Assembly: GCA_963692865.2 (NCBI GenBank)
Contig: OY843592.1
Location: 3,360,001 to 3,424,000 of the forward strand
Direction: 5' to 3'
Source: a bacterium
GTDB lineage: Bacteria > UBA8248
DNA: 64,000 nt
The position numbers and the translations under genes are program-made. The notes beneath the pieces are model-generated. The model was not told where the DNA came from. It ran no database searches and saw only the letters and a program-made list of their open reading frames with translations. Positions 1 to 12,843 of this stretch are shown in pieces (within the stretch, counting starts at the first letter, position 1; every line of letters starts with the position of its first letter).

Positions 1-370
1 GGCTCATCCCTTCCTGAACGCTGGGCGCCACTGGTTTTTCGGTATAGATGTGCTTCCCCGCGGCGATGGCGCGCTTGAGGACTTCCACCCGCAAATGCGT
101 GGCCGCAGCGTCGAAGAAGACGGGATACGCCGTATCCCCGAGAGCCGCATCCAAACTGGTCGTCCATGCAAGGCCGCCGTGTTCCGTCGCCAGTTTCGCG
201 AGGCGCTCTCCGTTCCTGCCGACGAGCAGGAGTTTTGGCAGGATTCTCTCGCCGCCGACTTCGAGGCCGCCCTCGCCGATGATGGGCATGAGCGAGTTTC
301 TCAGGTGCTGGAAGGAACAGATGCCGCCCGTCGCACCGTGCAGAATGATTCCCAACGCCTGCGTCGCCAT
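1..370 (-). CDS. Gfo/Idh/MocA family oxidoreductase (runs off the window start)
   Basis: Not in ORF track; manual translation from ATG 370 gives MATQALGIILHGATGG...AIAAGKHIYTEKPVA, containing the EKP motif. Confidence 0.8.
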   Translation of the reverse strand, partial: MATQALGIILHGATGGICSFQHLRNSLMPIIGEGGLEVGGERILPKLLLVGRNGERLAKLATEHGGLAWTTSLDAALGDTAYPVFFDAAATHLRVEVLKRAIAAGKHIYTEKPVAPSVQEGMS

Positions 371-412
371 GTTTCCGTCCTGTCCCACGCCCAAGATTTC
401 GCGAGAACGCTC

Positions 413-1543
413 CTAGTCCTCGAGGCCCGCCATCAACTCCGCAGGTTCGATGGGCAGCTTCAATTCTTCGCCTCGCTTGGCCGAGAGGTCCATCGCCATG
501 GTCAGCACGAGGTTGCGGTGCCCCTCAGCGGCGGTCGCATGGGGCGTGCGCTTGCCCGAATAAATCCGTTGGAACCAGGAATTGGTCTCCTCGCGCATCG
601 GCCCCCAGAGTTCTCCATCATACGTGTCGCCCGGCGGGAAGCTGGTGAGGAAATCGACGTTGCGTTGCGCCTCCAGGTCGAAATCCTCCGGGTTATAGGC
701 GGGACCCTGCGAGAATTCAGACGCCATCACCACATCGCGGTGCGTGTCCTCGATGTCCACCACGCCCTTCGTGCCCACGATGCCGATTTCGAGTCCATAC
801 ACCGCGCCGGGCCATTCCTTGGGCAGCGCCCAGCAGATGTTCATGCTCCAGATGGCGCCGCTATCCATCGTGAACACGCCGAAGGTGGCGTCCTTGGTGC
901 CGAGATCGCTCAATATCCCCTCGGTCGAGCGCGCGAAGATGGAGACCGGCTTGGCGTCGCCCATCAGCCACAGGCACATATCAAGACTGTGGGTGCCGGA
1001 GACGACCATGGGCGTCAGGAAGCGGCGGTCCTGGGAAAGGCGAACCTCCCCGGTCGGCGCCATGCGGTTCATGAAGGCGCGCGTGACCGCCGCGGTGACG
1101 TCGCCGATCTGGCCGCTCTCGACGCGATCCTTGACAGCCAGAAAACGCCTGCGAAAACGCTGGGTGTAGCCGACCACGGCGTCCACGCCGGCCGATTCTA
1201 TCGCCGCGAGTACGGAGGCCGACTCGCGCGCGTCGGTGGCGAGCGGTTTTTCGATCAGCATGGAAAGGCCGCGCTCCGCCGCGGCGAGCGTGGGTTCGAC
1301 GTGCGCCCAGGTCGAGGTGGCGATGATCGCCGCATCCACCTCGGGACGGGAGATGAGTTCGTGAAAATCGGTGGTGAAGTAATCGGCCCCGATGTCTTGC
1401 TTGAGTTGTTGCCCCACCCGCTCGTTCATGTCGGAGAGGCCGATCCAACCGATTCCGGGGAAATCCCTGGCCAGCGCGCCCCGCATGCGCCCCACCACCC
1501 CGCAGCCGACGATGGCCAGCCCGAGTTCCTTTCTATCCGCCAT
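413..1543 (-). CDS. Gfo/Idh/MocA family oxidoreductase
   Basis: GCGVVG Rossmann motif, LIEKPLA, GTHSLD. Confidence 0.88.
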   Translation of the reverse strand: MADRKELGLAIVGCGVVGRMRGALARDFPGIGWIGLSDMNERVGQQLKQDIGADYFTTDFHELISRPEVDAAIIATSTWAHVEPTLAAAERGLSMLIEKPLATDARESASVLAAIESAGVDAVVGYTQRFRRRFLAVKDRVESGQIGDVTAAVTRAFMNRMAPTGEVRLSQDRRFLTPMVVSGTHSLDMCLWLMGDAKPVSIFARSTEGILSDLGTKDATFGVFTMDSGAIWSMNICWALPKEWPGAVYGLEIGIVGTKGVVDIEDTHRDVVMASEFSQGPAYNPEDFDLEAQRNVDFLTSFPPGDTYDGELWGPMREETNSWFQRIYSGKRTPHATAAEGHRNLVLTMAMDLSAKRGEELKLPIEPAELMAGLED

Positions 1544-1604
1544 TCCTGTTCCTTTCGTTTATATGGGTATCGTCTGTATGACTTCGTGTATGCAGCCGGC
1601 AAGT

Positions 1605-1635
1605 AAAAAGCCGCGGAGACCCCGCGGCCGTTTTT
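1605..1635. terminator. Intrinsic terminator after tRNA-fMet (possibly bidirectional)
   Basis: GCCGCGG/CCGCGGC stem flanked by A5 and T5. Confidence 0.65.
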
Positions 1636-1639
1636 CGCT

Positions 1640-1716
<77 letters not shown>

Positions 1717-1727
1717 TCGATATGTGT

Positions 1728-1756
1728 TATCTACTCCCGCACGAGCATTCTGTCAA
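1728..1756 (-). promoter_or_regulatory. sigma70-like promoter of tRNA-fMet
   Basis: TTGACA-17 nt-TAGATA just upstream of the tRNA. Confidence 0.55.
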
Positions 1757-1822
1757 GGAGAGGGGAGTTCTTCAGAGACACCGGGGAGGCTCTTTTGACG
1801 CCGATGAAACGAAAATCAGGAA

Positions 1823-2146
1823 TCATTTCTTTGAGGGAATGAACTCGTAGACGACTTCCCCTTTCTTGACCAAGCCTAAGTCTTCGCGCGCGATTTTCTC
1901 GATAGCCCGCTCATCGGAGCGCAAGGAGCGAATCTCAGCGCGCAACGCCTTGTTCTTCGCCTCGATTTCCTCGATCTCTTTTTTGAGTTCGAAAACGCGC
2001 TCTTTGTTCACGATGACGGCGAGATATCCGTCCCGGCCCAGCAAGGCGGAGCCGAGCAGCAAGACGATGACGCCCGCAGATATCCAGAAAAAGAGTCTGG
2101 CTTTTGGCGATTGGCCCGTTGTGGAAGATCGTCCTGCTTTTCGCAT
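1823..2146 (-). CDS. ftsB: Septum formation initiator (FtsB/DivIC family)
   Basis: One TM helix, coiled coil, IEKIAREDLGLVKKGE motif. Confidence 0.8.
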   Translation of the reverse strand: MRKAGRSSTTGQSPKARLFFWISAGVIVLLLGSALLGRDGYLAVIVNKERVFELKKEIEEIEAKNKALRAEIRSLRSDERAIEKIAREDLGLVKKGEVVYEFIPSKK

Positions 2147-2181
2147 CGCGCTCAGATTCCGAGACGCGCGAACTTTACTGC

Positions 2182-3461
<1,280 letters not shown>

Positions 3462-3465
<4 letters not shown>

Positions 3466-4319
3466 GAGATGTATTTTCCAATCAATTGATGCAGGCGCTC
3501 TTTCGTCTCTTGCGGCATGCGTGCCGGGTCGGTCATGAGAGCCGTCGCCAAAGAGCCGGCAAAGGGGCTGTCACCGGCGATCTCGGGCGCCGCTTCCTTG
3601 ATGATCTCCTGCGCGAGGGCCGCGTTGCTTCTTACGAGAGCGATCACGGCTTCCACGCTCACCGCCTCTTCCTCCTCGTGCCAGCAGTCATAATCCGTCG
3701 CCAGCGCGATGGTTGCGTAGCTCATCTCCGCCTCGCGCGCGAGCTTCGCCTCGGGCATGTTCGTCATCCCGATGATCGAAGCGCCCCAATCGCGGTAGCG
3801 GAAACTCTCCGCCCGGCTGCTGAACTGGGGGCCTTCCATGCAGACGTACGTGCCGCCCGCGTGCGCCGTCGCGCCCGCCCGGAGGGCCGCGCCCATCAGG
3901 GTCTCGCTCAAAACCCCGCATACCGGGTCCGCCATCGAAACATGGGCGACGACGCCGTCGCCGAAAAACGTGCTCGCGCGCGTTTTTGTGAGATCGATGA
4001 ACTGGTCGGGAATCACGATGTGGCCCGGATGAATCTCTTCTTTCAGGCTGCCCACCGCGCTGACGGAAATCAGCCATTCCACACCCAGTTGCTTGAATCC
4101 GTGGATGTTGGCCCGGAAGGGGATCTCATGCGGCAGATATACGTGCCCGATTCCGTGCCTGGGCAGAAACGCGATCCGCTTGCCGGAGAGCGTTCCCAGA
4201 ACGTAGGGGGCCGAGGGCGCGCCGTAGGGCGTATCGATCGCGCGTTCTTCCACCTCGCCCAGTTCCGCCATCTCGTAGAGGCCGCTGCCGCCGATGACTC
4301 CGATATTCACATCAGACAC
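3462..4319 (-). CDS. mtnP: S-methyl-5'-thioadenosine phosphorylase
   Basis: [32 protein letters not shown]. Confidence 0.93.
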
Positions 4320-4339
4320 TTATATAACCTCGTTCGTCA

Positions 4340-5350
4340 TCACTTCACCGGGGCCGCCCGGATCATTCCCTTCTCGATCAGCGCCTCGGCAATCTGCACC
4401 GCGTTGAGGGCGGCGCCTTTTCTCAGGTTATCCGCCACCACCCAGAGGTTGAGGGTATTTTCCCGGGAATCATCCCGGCGGATGCGGCCGACGTATACCG
4501 GGTCTTCTCCGTCCGCGTCCTTGGGCATGGGATAGGAGAACGATTCCACGTCGTCCAGCACCTCCACGCCCGGCGCGCGGGAGAGCAATGCCCGCGCCTC
4601 CTCGGGTGAAACGGTCTCCTCGAACTCCACGTTCACGGATTCCGAGTGCGCGTTGAAAACGGGCACCCGCACGCACGTGGCGCTGATCGCCAGATGAGGC
4701 GCGCCCATGATCTTCCGCGTCTCATCGACCATCTTCCTCTCTTCTTTGGTATGGCCGCCGTCCAGAAAAACGTCGATATGGGGCAGGCAATTGAAGGCGA
4801 TCTCATGGGGCATTTTCCTGGGAACCGTTTCATCGCCCTCGATTTGCGCCTGCATCTCGTCTATTGCGGCTTGCCCCGCCCCGCTCACCGCCTGATAGGT
4901 GCTCACGACGACTCGCCTGATGCGTGCGGCGTCGTGAAGGGGTTTGAGCGCCACCACGAGCTGGATGGTGGAGCAGTTCGGGTTGGCGATGACCCCCTGG
5001 TGAGCGGCCAATGCTTCGGGGTTCACCTCCGGCACCACGAGGGGCACGCCCTCATCCATGCGGAAGGCGCTGGAATTATCCACCACCACCGAACCGGCCT
5101 TGACGGCGGCGGGCGCGAACTCCAAAGAGCGGGAAGCGCCGCAGGAAAAAAGCGCCAGGTCCACACCACAGAACGCATTCTCGGTGAGCCGGCTTACCGT
5201 AAGCTCGGCGCCGCGAAACGGGATTTTCCGACCGACGCTGCGCGCACTCGCGAGCAAAACGACCTCATCGGCGGGAAAATTCCGCTCCTCCAGGATTCGG
5301 AGCATCTCCCGGCCCACGGCGCCCGTGGCGCCTGCGACGGCGACGCGCAT
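4340..5350 (-). CDS. asd: Aspartate-semialdehyde dehydrogenase
   Basis: GATGAVG, NPNCST, CVRVPV, DNLRKGAALNA; ATG overlaps the leuB stop (TGATG). Confidence 0.96.
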   Translation of the reverse strand: MRVAVAGATGAVGREMLRILEERNFPADEVVLLASARSVGRKIPFRGAELTVSRLTENAFCGVDLALFSCGASRSLEFAPAAVKAGSVVVDNSSAFRMDEGVPLVVPEVNPEALAAHQGVIANPNCSTIQLVVALKPLHDAARIRRVVVSTYQAVSGAGQAAIDEMQAQIEGDETVPRKMPHEIAFNCLPHIDVFLDGGHTKEERKMVDETRKIMGAPHLAISATCVRVPVFNAHSESVNVEFEETVSPEEARALLSRAPGVEVLDDVESFSYPMPKDADGEDPVYVGRIRRDDSRENTLNLWVVADNLRKGAALNAVQIAEALIEKGMIRAAPVK

Positions 5351-6438
5351 CACGACGCTCCTCCCGCCAGGACGGCGATGCGCTCGCCCATCTCGGCGCA
5401 ACCCACCGCTGTGGCGCCAGGCGTGTGGATGTCGGACGTTCTGAGTCCCTCATCGAGCGCTGCGGCCACGGCCGCCTCGATGGCTTCGGCCACGTCCACG
5501 CGCTTTAACGAATAGCGGCACAGCATGGCGGCCGACATAATGGCCGCAATCGGGTTCGCCTTGTCCTGGCCGGCGATGTCGGGCGCCGTGCCGTGCACCG
5601 GCTCATACAAGCCGAAACCCGTCTCGTTCACGTTCGCCGAGGCGAGCATGCCGATGGAGCCCGTGAGCATGGAGGCGCAGTCGCTCAGGATGTCGCCGAA
5701 CATGTTGCCCGTGACGATGACGTCGAATTGCAGCGGGTCGCGAATCAACTGCATCGCCGCGTTGTCCACGTACATGTGGCTGGTTTCGATTTCCGGGAAC
5801 TCTCCGGCAACATCACCGGCGACCCTGCGCCACAGGCGGCCGTTGTCGAGAACGTTCTCCTTGTCCACCGAGCAGAGCTTTTTCCCGCGCACGGACGCCA
5901 GCTCGAACGCGAGGCGAACGATCTGGCGGATCTCCCCCGTGGTGTACGTCATCGTGTCGACCGCCTTTTCCTCATCCGCTGAGAGGCGCTCGATTCCCCT
6001 GGGCCGGCCGAAATAAATGCCGCTCACGCCCTCGCGCACGACGAGGAGGTCCAGACCGCGCACCACCTCGGGCTTGAGCGAGGAGGCTTCCACCAGCGGA
6101 TCGAACATGACGGCGGGCCTTAGATTGGCGAAGAGGTTCAACTCTTTCCTCAGGCCCAGAATGGCCTGCTCGGGGCGTTTGTCGCGCGAGAGTTCATCCC
6201 ATTTCGGACCTCCCACGGCGCCGAACAGCCCGGCGTCGCTCCTCCGGCAGAGGGCGAGGGTTTCTTCGGGCAGAGGCTCTCCCGTCGCGTCATAAGCCGC
6301 GCCGCCGCAAAGACCCTCCTCGAATTCGAAATCCGCGCCGAAGCGAGCGCCCGACGCCTCCAGCACCGAGCGCGCCTGCGCCACTACTTCCTGGCCGATG
6401 CCGTCGCCCGGCAAAACGGCTATCTGGTAACTCCTCAC
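5350..6438 (-). CDS. leuB: 3-isopropylmalate dehydrogenase
   Basis: LPGDGIG, NMFGDILSD, EPVHGTAPDIAG; GTG start inferred. Confidence 0.95.
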   Translation of the reverse strand: MRSYQIAVLPGDGIGQEVVAQARSVLEASGARFGADFEFEEGLCGGAAYDATGEPLPEETLALCRRSDAGLFGAVGGPKWDELSRDKRPEQAILGLRKELNLFANLRPAVMFDPLVEASSLKPEVVRGLDLLVVREGVSGIYFGRPRGIERLSADEEKAVDTMTYTTGEIRQIVRLAFELASVRGKKLCSVDKENVLDNGRLWRRVAGDVAGEFPEIETSHMYVDNAAMQLIRDPLQFDVIVTGNMFGDILSDCASMLTGSIGMLASANVNETGFGLYEPVHGTAPDIAGQDKANPIAAIMSAAMLCRYSLKRVDVAEAIEAAVAAALDEGLRTSDIHTPGATAVGCAEMGERIAVLAGGAS

Positions 6439-6455
6439 CGAAAACTCTCCTCTCC

Positions 6456-7064
6456 TTATTGCGCTTCGCTCTCGAAATTCGTGACGTAGGGCAGACGCTG
6501 CGCTACCTCCTCGACCCGGGGGAGATTTCCGCGCAAATTGGCGAGCATGTCCCACGTACCGGCCAGAAAGGCGGCCTTGCGCGTCTCCTGGATGTCGATG
6601 GAAATGACGCGCTCGTCGTAGCTTACCGTGGAATTCCCGATGTCCACGGTGAAGCGCGTCTCCGGATATTCCTGCGCCTGCTTGATCAACTCGTTCACGT
6701 CATCCGCCGACGCCACGCCGAGCGGCACGCCGATGGCGAAGCAGTTTCCCGCGAAAATCTCGGCGAACGATACCCCGACGAGCACGTCGATGCCGAAGCG
6801 CTTGAGCGCCTGCGGGGCGTGCTCGCGCGAGGAGCCCGAACCGAAGTTCTTGCCCACGAACATCATGCTCGCCCCTTTGTGAGCGGGGTTGTCGACGGGA
6901 TGATCGGGCGTGTTCTCGCGCTCATCGCAAAACAGGGCCTTCTCGATGCCATCGAAGGTGATGGACTTGAGAAAGCGGGCCGGCGTGATCCTGTCGGTAT
7001 CGATGTCGTCGCGCGGCATCGGAATGGCCTTGCCCACGATTTTTTCGATTCTTTTCGCGCTCAT
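6456..7064 (-). CDS. leuD: 3-isopropylmalate dehydratase small subunit
   Basis: [24 protein letters not shown]; ATG overlaps the leuC stop. Confidence 0.95.
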   Translation of the reverse strand: MSAKRIEKIVGKAIPMPRDDIDTDRITPARFLKSITFDGIEKALFCDERENTPDHPVDNPAHKGASMMFVGKNFGSGSSREHAPQALKRFGIDVLVGVSFAEIFAGNCFAIGVPLGVASADDVNELIKQAQEYPETRFTVDIGNSTVSYDERVISIDIQETRKAAFLAGTWDMLANLRGNLPRVEEVAQRLPYVTNFESEAQ

Positions 7065-8473
7065 GCTTGTTCTCCCATCTCTCTGGGGTCCGCGATGCAG
7101 CCCGCAATCGCCGATGAGGCGACGACGGCCGGGCTGCCGAGGTGGGTTCTTCCGCGCGGGCTGCCCTGGCGCCCGATGAAATTGCGATTCGAGGTGGAGA
7201 TGCTCCTCTCGGCGCCCACGAGTTGATCCGGGTTCATGCCCAGGCACATCGAACACCCCGCTTCGCGCCATTCCGCGCCCGCTTCGGCGAAAACTTCGTG
7301 CAGTCCCTCTTCTTCGGCCTGTTGTTTCACCTGCTGGGAGCCGGGCACCACCAGCATCCTGACGCCCGGGTGCACCTTGTTGCCCTTCATCAGACGCGCG
7401 CCCTCGCGCAAGTCGGAGATTCTCGAATTCGTGCACGAACCCAGGAAGGCAACATCCACCTTCGTGCCGAGAATCGAACCGCCGGGCTTCAAGTCCATGA
7501 ATTCATAACCGTGTTCCGCCGTCTTCCTGTCCTCGCCCGCGAAGCTGTCCACCTCTGGAAGGGGCTGTGAAATCCCGACCGAGTGCCCCGGATTGATGCC
7601 CCAGGTGACCATCGGCTCGATGGATTCACCCGCAATCTCGTAGACGTCGTCATATTCCGCGTCATCGCCCGAGGCGATATCTCGCCAATACGCGAGGCCC
7701 CTCTCCCAGGCTTCTCCCTCGGGGCTGAACTCGCGGCCCTCGAGATAATCGAACGTCGTCTCGTCGGGATTCACGTAACCGATTCGGGCGCCGCCCTCGA
7801 TGCTCATGTTGCAGACCGTCATGCGTCCTTCCATCGACATGGCATCGAAAACGTCGCCGCCGTATTCGTAGGCGAAGCCCAGGCCGCCCTTGATGCCCAG
7901 ATCGTGAATGACGCGCAACGTAACGTCCTTGGGCGTCACGCCGGGACCGAGAGCGCCCGTGACCTCGATTCGCTTCACCTTCAGGCGATTCAGCGCCAGG
8001 GTCTGCGTCGCCAGGACGTGGCCCACCTCGGTCGTGCCGATGCCGAAACCCAGAGAACCCATCGCGCCGTGCGTGCTCGTGTGGCTGTCGCCGCAGGCGA
8101 TGGTCATGCCCGGCTGGCTGAGTCCCAACTCCGGCCCGATGACGTGAACGATGCCCTGCTTGCCGGAACCCAGGTGCAGAAAGAGGACGCCGAACTCGTT
8201 CACGTTCTGCTCCAGGGCGGCCATCATCTGTTCGGCCTGCTCGTCCTCGTAGGGCCTGATCTGGCTCAGCGTGGGGATGATGTGATCCACCGTCCCTATC
8301 GTGCGGCCGGGAAAGGCGACGCCGGCGCCGATTTCCTTGAGCATCCCGAACGCCTGGGGCGTCGTTACCTCATGGATGAGGTGCAGGCCGATGAAAATCT
8401 GGTCCTGCCCCGAATCGAGTCTGGCCACGGTGTGGGAATCCCAAACCTTATCGTAGAGCGTGTTTTTCGACAT
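7061..8473 (-). CDS. leuC: 3-isopropylmalate dehydratase large subunit
   Basis: [32 protein letters not shown]. Confidence 0.96.
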   Translation of the reverse strand: MSKNTLYDKVWDSHTVARLDSGQDQIFIGLHLIHEVTTPQAFGMLKEIGAGVAFPGRTIGTVDHIIPTLSQIRPYEDEQAEQMMAALEQNVNEFGVLFLHLGSGKQGIVHVIGPELGLSQPGMTIACGDSHTSTHGAMGSLGFGIGTTEVGHVLATQTLALNRLKVKRIEVTGALGPGVTPKDVTLRVIHDLGIKGGLGFAYEYGGDVFDAMSMEGRMTVCNMSIEGGARIGYVNPDETTFDYLEGREFSPEGEAWERGLAYWRDIASGDDAEYDDVYEIAGESIEPMVTWGINPGHSVGISQPLPEVDSFAGEDRKTAEHGYEFMDLKPGGSILGTKVDVAFLGSCTNSRISDLREGARLMKGNKVHPGVRMLVVPGSQQVKQQAEEEGLHEVFAEAGAEWREAGCSMCLGMNPDQLVGAERSISTSNRNFIGRQGSPRGRTHLGSPAVVASSAIAGCIADPREMGEQA

Positions 8474-8528
8474 GGCATTACCCTCGAAATGATCTACAAA
8501 TTCTTACGCATCATGTTGAAATCGATTG

Positions 8529-9347
8529 TCAGGAAACTGTTTTCGAGCGATCGAGACCTTCGCGCAACGAGGCGATGTAATCGCAAGCCGCCCCCATCTT
8601 GCCTTCTCGGGACTCTTGCGCCTCCATGACGTCGATGAGCGCGCTGCCCACGATGACGCCGTCTGCGTGCCCGGCCACCTCCGCCGCCTGCTCGGGCGTC
8701 TTGATGCCGAACCCCACGAGGACGGGGCGGTTCTTCACCCGGTTGATCCGCCCAAGCGTGGCGCCCAAATCCGAGTCCAGGGCGTCGCGCGCGCCGGTGA
8801 CCCCCATCTGCCCGACGTAGTAGATGAAGCCGCCGCCCGCGTCGTTCACCAGTTCGATGCGCTCCTGCGTGCTCGTGGGGGCGAGCATGAAGACGGGTTC
8901 CAGCGGATAATCGTTCATGATGTCGAGGAGAGCGCTCGCCTCTTCGGGGGGCAGGTCGGGCACGATGACGGCGTCGGCCCCCACCTGCGATGCGCCTCGC
9001 ACGAATTCCGCGAGGCCCATGGCGATGACGGGGTTGTAATACGTCATCAGCACCAAAGGCGTATCGGGTATATCCGCGCGGACCTCACCCACCATCTCCA
9101 GGACGCCGCTCAGGCGCGTTCCGCCCGCAAGCGAGCGCATGCTCGAGCGCTGGATGGTGGGGCCGTCCGCCAGGGGATCGCTGAAGGGAACCCCTACCTC
9201 GAAGCCGTCCGCCCCCGCCTCGGTCATGAGGGGCAACAGTTCGCGGGTGAAGCCCAGGTCCGGATCCCCCGCGGTGATGAACGGGAAAAGACCGGCTCTG
9301 CCCTGCGCGCGCAAACGCTCGAAACACGCTTCCAGCCTGCCGCCCAT
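8529..9347 (-). CDS. trpA: Tryptophan synthase alpha chain
   Basis: PFSDPLADGPTIQ, MTYYNP, GFGI, GSA. Confidence 0.96.
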   Translation of the reverse strand: MGGRLEACFERLRAQGRAGLFPFITAGDPDLGFTRELLPLMTEAGADGFEVGVPFSDPLADGPTIQRSSMRSLAGGTRLSGVLEMVGEVRADIPDTPLVLMTYYNPVIAMGLAEFVRGASQVGADAVIVPDLPPEEASALLDIMNDYPLEPVFMLAPTSTQERIELVNDAGGGFIYYVGQMGVTGARDALDSDLGATLGRINRVKNRPVLVGFGIKTPEQAAEVAGHADGVIVGSALIDVMEAQESREGKMGAACDYIASLREGLDRSKTVS

Positions 9348-10564
9348 CAGCGCACATCCTCGTCATCGAGCATTTCCGACAAAAACCCCTCCGCCTGATG
9401 CACGTCCTTGTCCCCACGGCCGGAGAGGCACAACACCACTGTCTTGTACTCGCCCGCCTCTCTCGTCTCCTCGGCCAGGCGACCCAGCCAGGAAATCGCG
9501 TGGGCGCTCTCGAACGCGGGGATGATGCCCTCCAGCACGGAGAGCTTCTGGAACGCCTTGAGCGCGTCGTGGTCTTCGACGGTCACGTAGCGCGCGCGCC
9601 CTGAATCCTTCAAATGGGAGTGCTCGGGCCCCACGCCCGGATAATCGAGTCCCGCGGACACCGAATGGGCGGGTATGATCTGCCCGTCATCGTCATAGAG
9701 CAGGAACGTCTCGCAGCCATGCAGTACACCCACGCGGCCGGCGCTCAAGGACGCGCCGTGCTCCTCGGTATCCAGACCCCTGCCGCCTGCTTCCACGCCG
9801 ATTAGCTCGACCTCCGCATCGTCCACGAAAGGATGGAACAGGCCGATGGAATTGCTGCCGCCTCCGACGCAGGCCACGCAGGCGTCGGGAAGCCGGCCTT
9901 CGGCCTCGAGAACCTGCGCGCGCGCCTCGCGTCCGATGACGGACTGGAAGTCGCGAATCATCTCGGGGAAGGGATGCGGCCCCACCACCGAACCGATGAT
10001 GTAGTGGGTCGTTCTTACAGAAGCCGTCCAGTCGCGCAGCGTCTCGTTCGTGGCGTCCTTCAAGGTCTTGCTGCCCGAGGTGACCGGAATCACCCGCGCG
10101 CCCAGAAGGCGCATGCGGAAAACGTTGAGCGATTGCCTGCCGATGTCCTCCTCGCCCATGTAGACGTCGCAATCCAGTCCGAACAGCGCCGCCGCCGTGG
10201 CGGTGGCCACCCCGTGCTGGCCCGCGCCCGTCTCCGCGATGATGCGCGTTTTCCCCAGCCTCCGGGCCAGCAGGACCTGGGCGAGCGTGTTGTTTATCTT
10301 GTGGGCGCCCGTGTGGCAGAGGTCCTCGCGCTTGAGATAGACCCTGAGCGCGCCCAGATCGTCGGATAACCGCTCGGCCAGATACAGCGGCGTGGGCCTG
10401 CCTACGAATTCTCTTAAGTAATCGGCGAGTTCTTCGTGATACGCCGGGTCGCTCCGGGCTTCCTCGTAAGCGGCTTCGAGTTCCTCGAGAGCGGGCATAA
10501 GGGTTTCCGGGACATAGCGCCCCCCGAACCGACCGAACCTTCCCCTGGAGACCAATTCACTCAT
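9347..10564 (-). CDS. trpB: Tryptophan synthase beta chain
   Basis: [41 protein letters not shown]. Confidence 0.97.
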   Translation of the reverse strand: MSELVSRGRFGRFGGRYVPETLMPALEELEAAYEEARSDPAYHEELADYLREFVGRPTPLYLAERLSDDLGALRVYLKREDLCHTGAHKINNTLAQVLLARRLGKTRIIAETGAGQHGVATATAAALFGLDCDVYMGEEDIGRQSLNVFRMRLLGARVIPVTSGSKTLKDATNETLRDWTASVRTTHYIIGSVVGPHPFPEMIRDFQSVIGREARAQVLEAEGRLPDACVACVGGGSNSIGLFHPFVDDAEVELIGVEAGGRGLDTEEHGASLSAGRVGVLHGCETFLLYDDDGQIIPAHSVSAGLDYPGVGPEHSHLKDSGRARYVTVEDHDALKAFQKLSVLEGIIPAFESAHAISWLGRLAEETREAGEYKTVVLCLSGRGDKDVHQAEGFLSEMLDDEDVR

Positions 10565-11211
10565 CTTCTCATTTCCTCGAGTTCGGTTATCGCCGCGCGC
10601 GCGTTTTGTATGAAATCCATTACCCGCTCGGGGTCTTTTCGGGCCAAAACCGCACCCTCCACCCCGCTGCTCGAATCCACGCCGTAGGGCTGAACGCTCC
10701 TCACGGCCTCGGCCACGTTCTCGGGTTTGAGGCCGCCCGAGAGGATGATGGGCCTCGCCCCGGCCGCCAAGCGGGCCAGTTCCCAATCGAAGGTCTCGCC
10801 CGTGCCGCCGAGCGCGCCCTTCACGTAGGCGTCCAGCAATATGGCGCAGCCTGGAAAGTCGTCTATCCGCGCTATCGTCTCGGGCCCCTTGACCCTCAAA
10901 CCCCGGAGCACGCGCAAGCCCTGCGCCATGAGCCGGCGGCAATCCTCAGGCGTCTCGTCGCCATGAAGCTGCGCCGCGTCCAGGCCGACCCGACGCGCGA
11001 TTTCGAGGACGCGCTCGGGGGGCTCGTTCACGAAGACGCCGACCCGCGTCCCGAAAGGGGGCAACGCCTCCGCCATCTCTCTCGCCTGCTCCACCTCCAG
11101 ACACCGGGGAGTGCCAGGAACGAAATTCAGCCCCAGGGCGTCGGCGCCCGCCACCAAGGCGAATTCCGCATCCTCGGCGGTGGTGACTCCACAAATCTTC
11201 ACGCGGATCAT
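10561..11211 (-). CDS. trpF: Phosphoribosylanthranilate isomerase
   Basis: [29 protein letters not shown]. Confidence 0.95.
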   Translation of the reverse strand: MIRVKICGVTTAEDAEFALVAGADALGLNFVPGTPRCLEVEQAREMAEALPPFGTRVGVFVNEPPERVLEIARRVGLDAAQLHGDETPEDCRRLMAQGLRVLRGLRVKGPETIARIDDFPGCAILLDAYVKGALGGTGETFDWELARLAAGARPIILSGGLKPENVAEAVRSVQPYGVDSSSGVEGAVLARKDPERVMDFIQNARAAITELEEMRR

Positions 11212-11382
11212 GGTGCGAAACCCTCCCGAGCAGAGCAAGCATTTATAGCACAGAGTCGAAGCGCAAGCCTAGCGCAAGGAACGCAATACAGGCGCAGTGC
11301 GAGACGATACCAGCAGACCGGGCACGTGCGTCAGCTTGGACTTGGGAGATGCAAATTACGGAGGTATGGAAGCGTCGGCCAG

Positions 11383-12096
11383 TTAGCCGCCGCCCAGATA
11401 CATCATCTTGACTTCCTGGTTGTTCAGGAGTTCGTGGCCGCCGCCTTGATAGCGGTTCCTGCCGAGTTCGAGCACGTAGCCACGATCTGAAATTTCCAGA
11501 GCGCGCGCGGCGTTCTGCTCGACGAGCATGATCGTAAGTCCTTCTTTGGCGAGGCTCACGATTTTCTCGAACACTTCGGTCACGAAACGGGGGCTCAAGC
11601 CCAGGGAAGGCTCATCGAGCATGATCATCTTGGGTCGTGTCATCAGCGCGCGGCCCATGGCCAGCATCTGCTGCTCGCCGCCGCTCATCGTGCCCCCCAA
11701 CTGCTTTTGCCGCTCACCGAGGCGCGGGAAGAGCGTGAAGACGTAATCCATCGCCTCGTCGATTTTCTTCTGATCACGCTCGATGTAGGCGCCCATCTCC
11801 AGGTTTTCCTTGACCGTCATCTGGTTGAAGACGATGCGGCCCTGCGGCACGTAGCCCAGCCCCCGGCCCAGAATCTGATCCGGACGACTGCCCACGATGT
11901 TCTGTCCCTCGAACTCTATCTCGCCGCCGAGGTAGTTGATGAAGCCCATGATAATCTTGAAAGTCGTGGATTTCCCGGCACCGTTGGGCCCGATGACGGC
12001 CACCACCTCGTCTTTGTTCACGTGGAGCGACACGTCGTGGAGTATCTGGATTCGGCCATACGCCGCGTTGACATCCTTGAGATCTAATAGCGCCAT
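11383..12096 (-). CDS. livF: LIV-type ABC transporter ATP-binding protein (LivF-like)
   Basis: GPNGAGKST, MSGGEQQMLA, LDEPSLGL. Confidence 0.88.
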   Translation of the reverse strand: MALLDLKDVNAAYGRIQILHDVSLHVNKDEVVAVIGPNGAGKSTTFKIIMGFINYLGGEIEFEGQNIVGSRPDQILGRGLGYVPQGRIVFNQMTVKENLEMGAYIERDQKKIDEAMDYVFTLFPRLGERQKQLGGTMSGGEQQMLAMGRALMTRPKMIMLDEPSLGLSPRFVTEVFEKIVSLAKEGLTIMLVEQNAARALEISDRGYVLELGRNRYQGGGHELLNNQEVKMMYLGGG

Positions 12097-12822
12097 TTAT
12101 CTGTGTCCAAAATATGCTTCGATAACGTCTTCGTTTGCCTGAATATCCTCGGGCAGACCTTCGGCGATCTTCACGCCGTAGTCCAGGACGAACACTTTCT
12201 CGCAGTGGTTCATGATGACGTTCATGTCGTGTTCCACGATGAGAATCGTCTTTCCCTGGTCTTCCTGAAGATGGTGAATGTGGTCGAGCAGGTTGTTGAG
12301 CAGGGTCCTGTTGACGCCAGCCGCGGGCTCATCCAGGAGGATGAGGTCGGGGTCCGTCATGAGGGCGCGGGCGAATTCGAGGAGTTTCTGCTGTCCGTAA
12401 GAAAGGTTTCCACCGTACTCGCCGCGAAGTTTCGTGAGCGTGACGAATTCCATCAAATGCTCTGCGCGCTCACGCGCCTCGCGCACAGGAATCTTCATGC
12501 TGGAGGCTGAGAGCATGTTCTCGAACACCGTCATCTCGCGATAGATGCGCGTAATCTGGAAGGTGCGGCTGATGCCCCTGTTGAAGACCTCATAGGGCCT
12601 CAAACCCACGATATTCTCTCCGTTGTAAAACACCTCTCCGCTGTCCGCCTCAAGAACGCCCGTGAGCAGGTTGAACGTGGTGGTCTTGCCGGAGCCGTTC
12701 GGGCCAATAAGTCCCGATATCTGACCCTTGGGCACCTGAAAAGTGCACCCATCCACCGCCTTGATGCCCCCGAAGTATTTCTTCAGGTGTTGAATGTCGA
12801 GAGCAATTTCTGTTTCGGCCAT
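12097..12822 (-). CDS. livG: LIV-type ABC transporter ATP-binding protein (LivG-like)
   Basis: [24 protein letters not shown]. Confidence 0.88.
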   Translation of the reverse strand: MAETEIALDIQHLKKYFGGIKAVDGCTFQVPKGQISGLIGPNGSGKTTTFNLLTGVLEADSGEVFYNGENIVGLRPYEVFNRGISRTFQITRIYREMTVFENMLSASSMKIPVREARERAEHLMEFVTLTKLRGEYGGNLSYGQQKLLEFARALMTDPDLILLDEPAAGVNRTLLNNLLDHIHHLQEDQGKTILIVEHDMNVIMNHCEKVFVLDYGVKIAEGLPEDIQANEDVIEAYFGHR

Positions 12823-12843
12823 TTTCTCGCGCTGCTCCGTTTC

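Noticed and set aside
11212-11382. Trp/Leu attenuator upstream of trpF
   Set aside because: No Trp- or Leu-rich leader peptide or terminator/antiterminator pair is evident.
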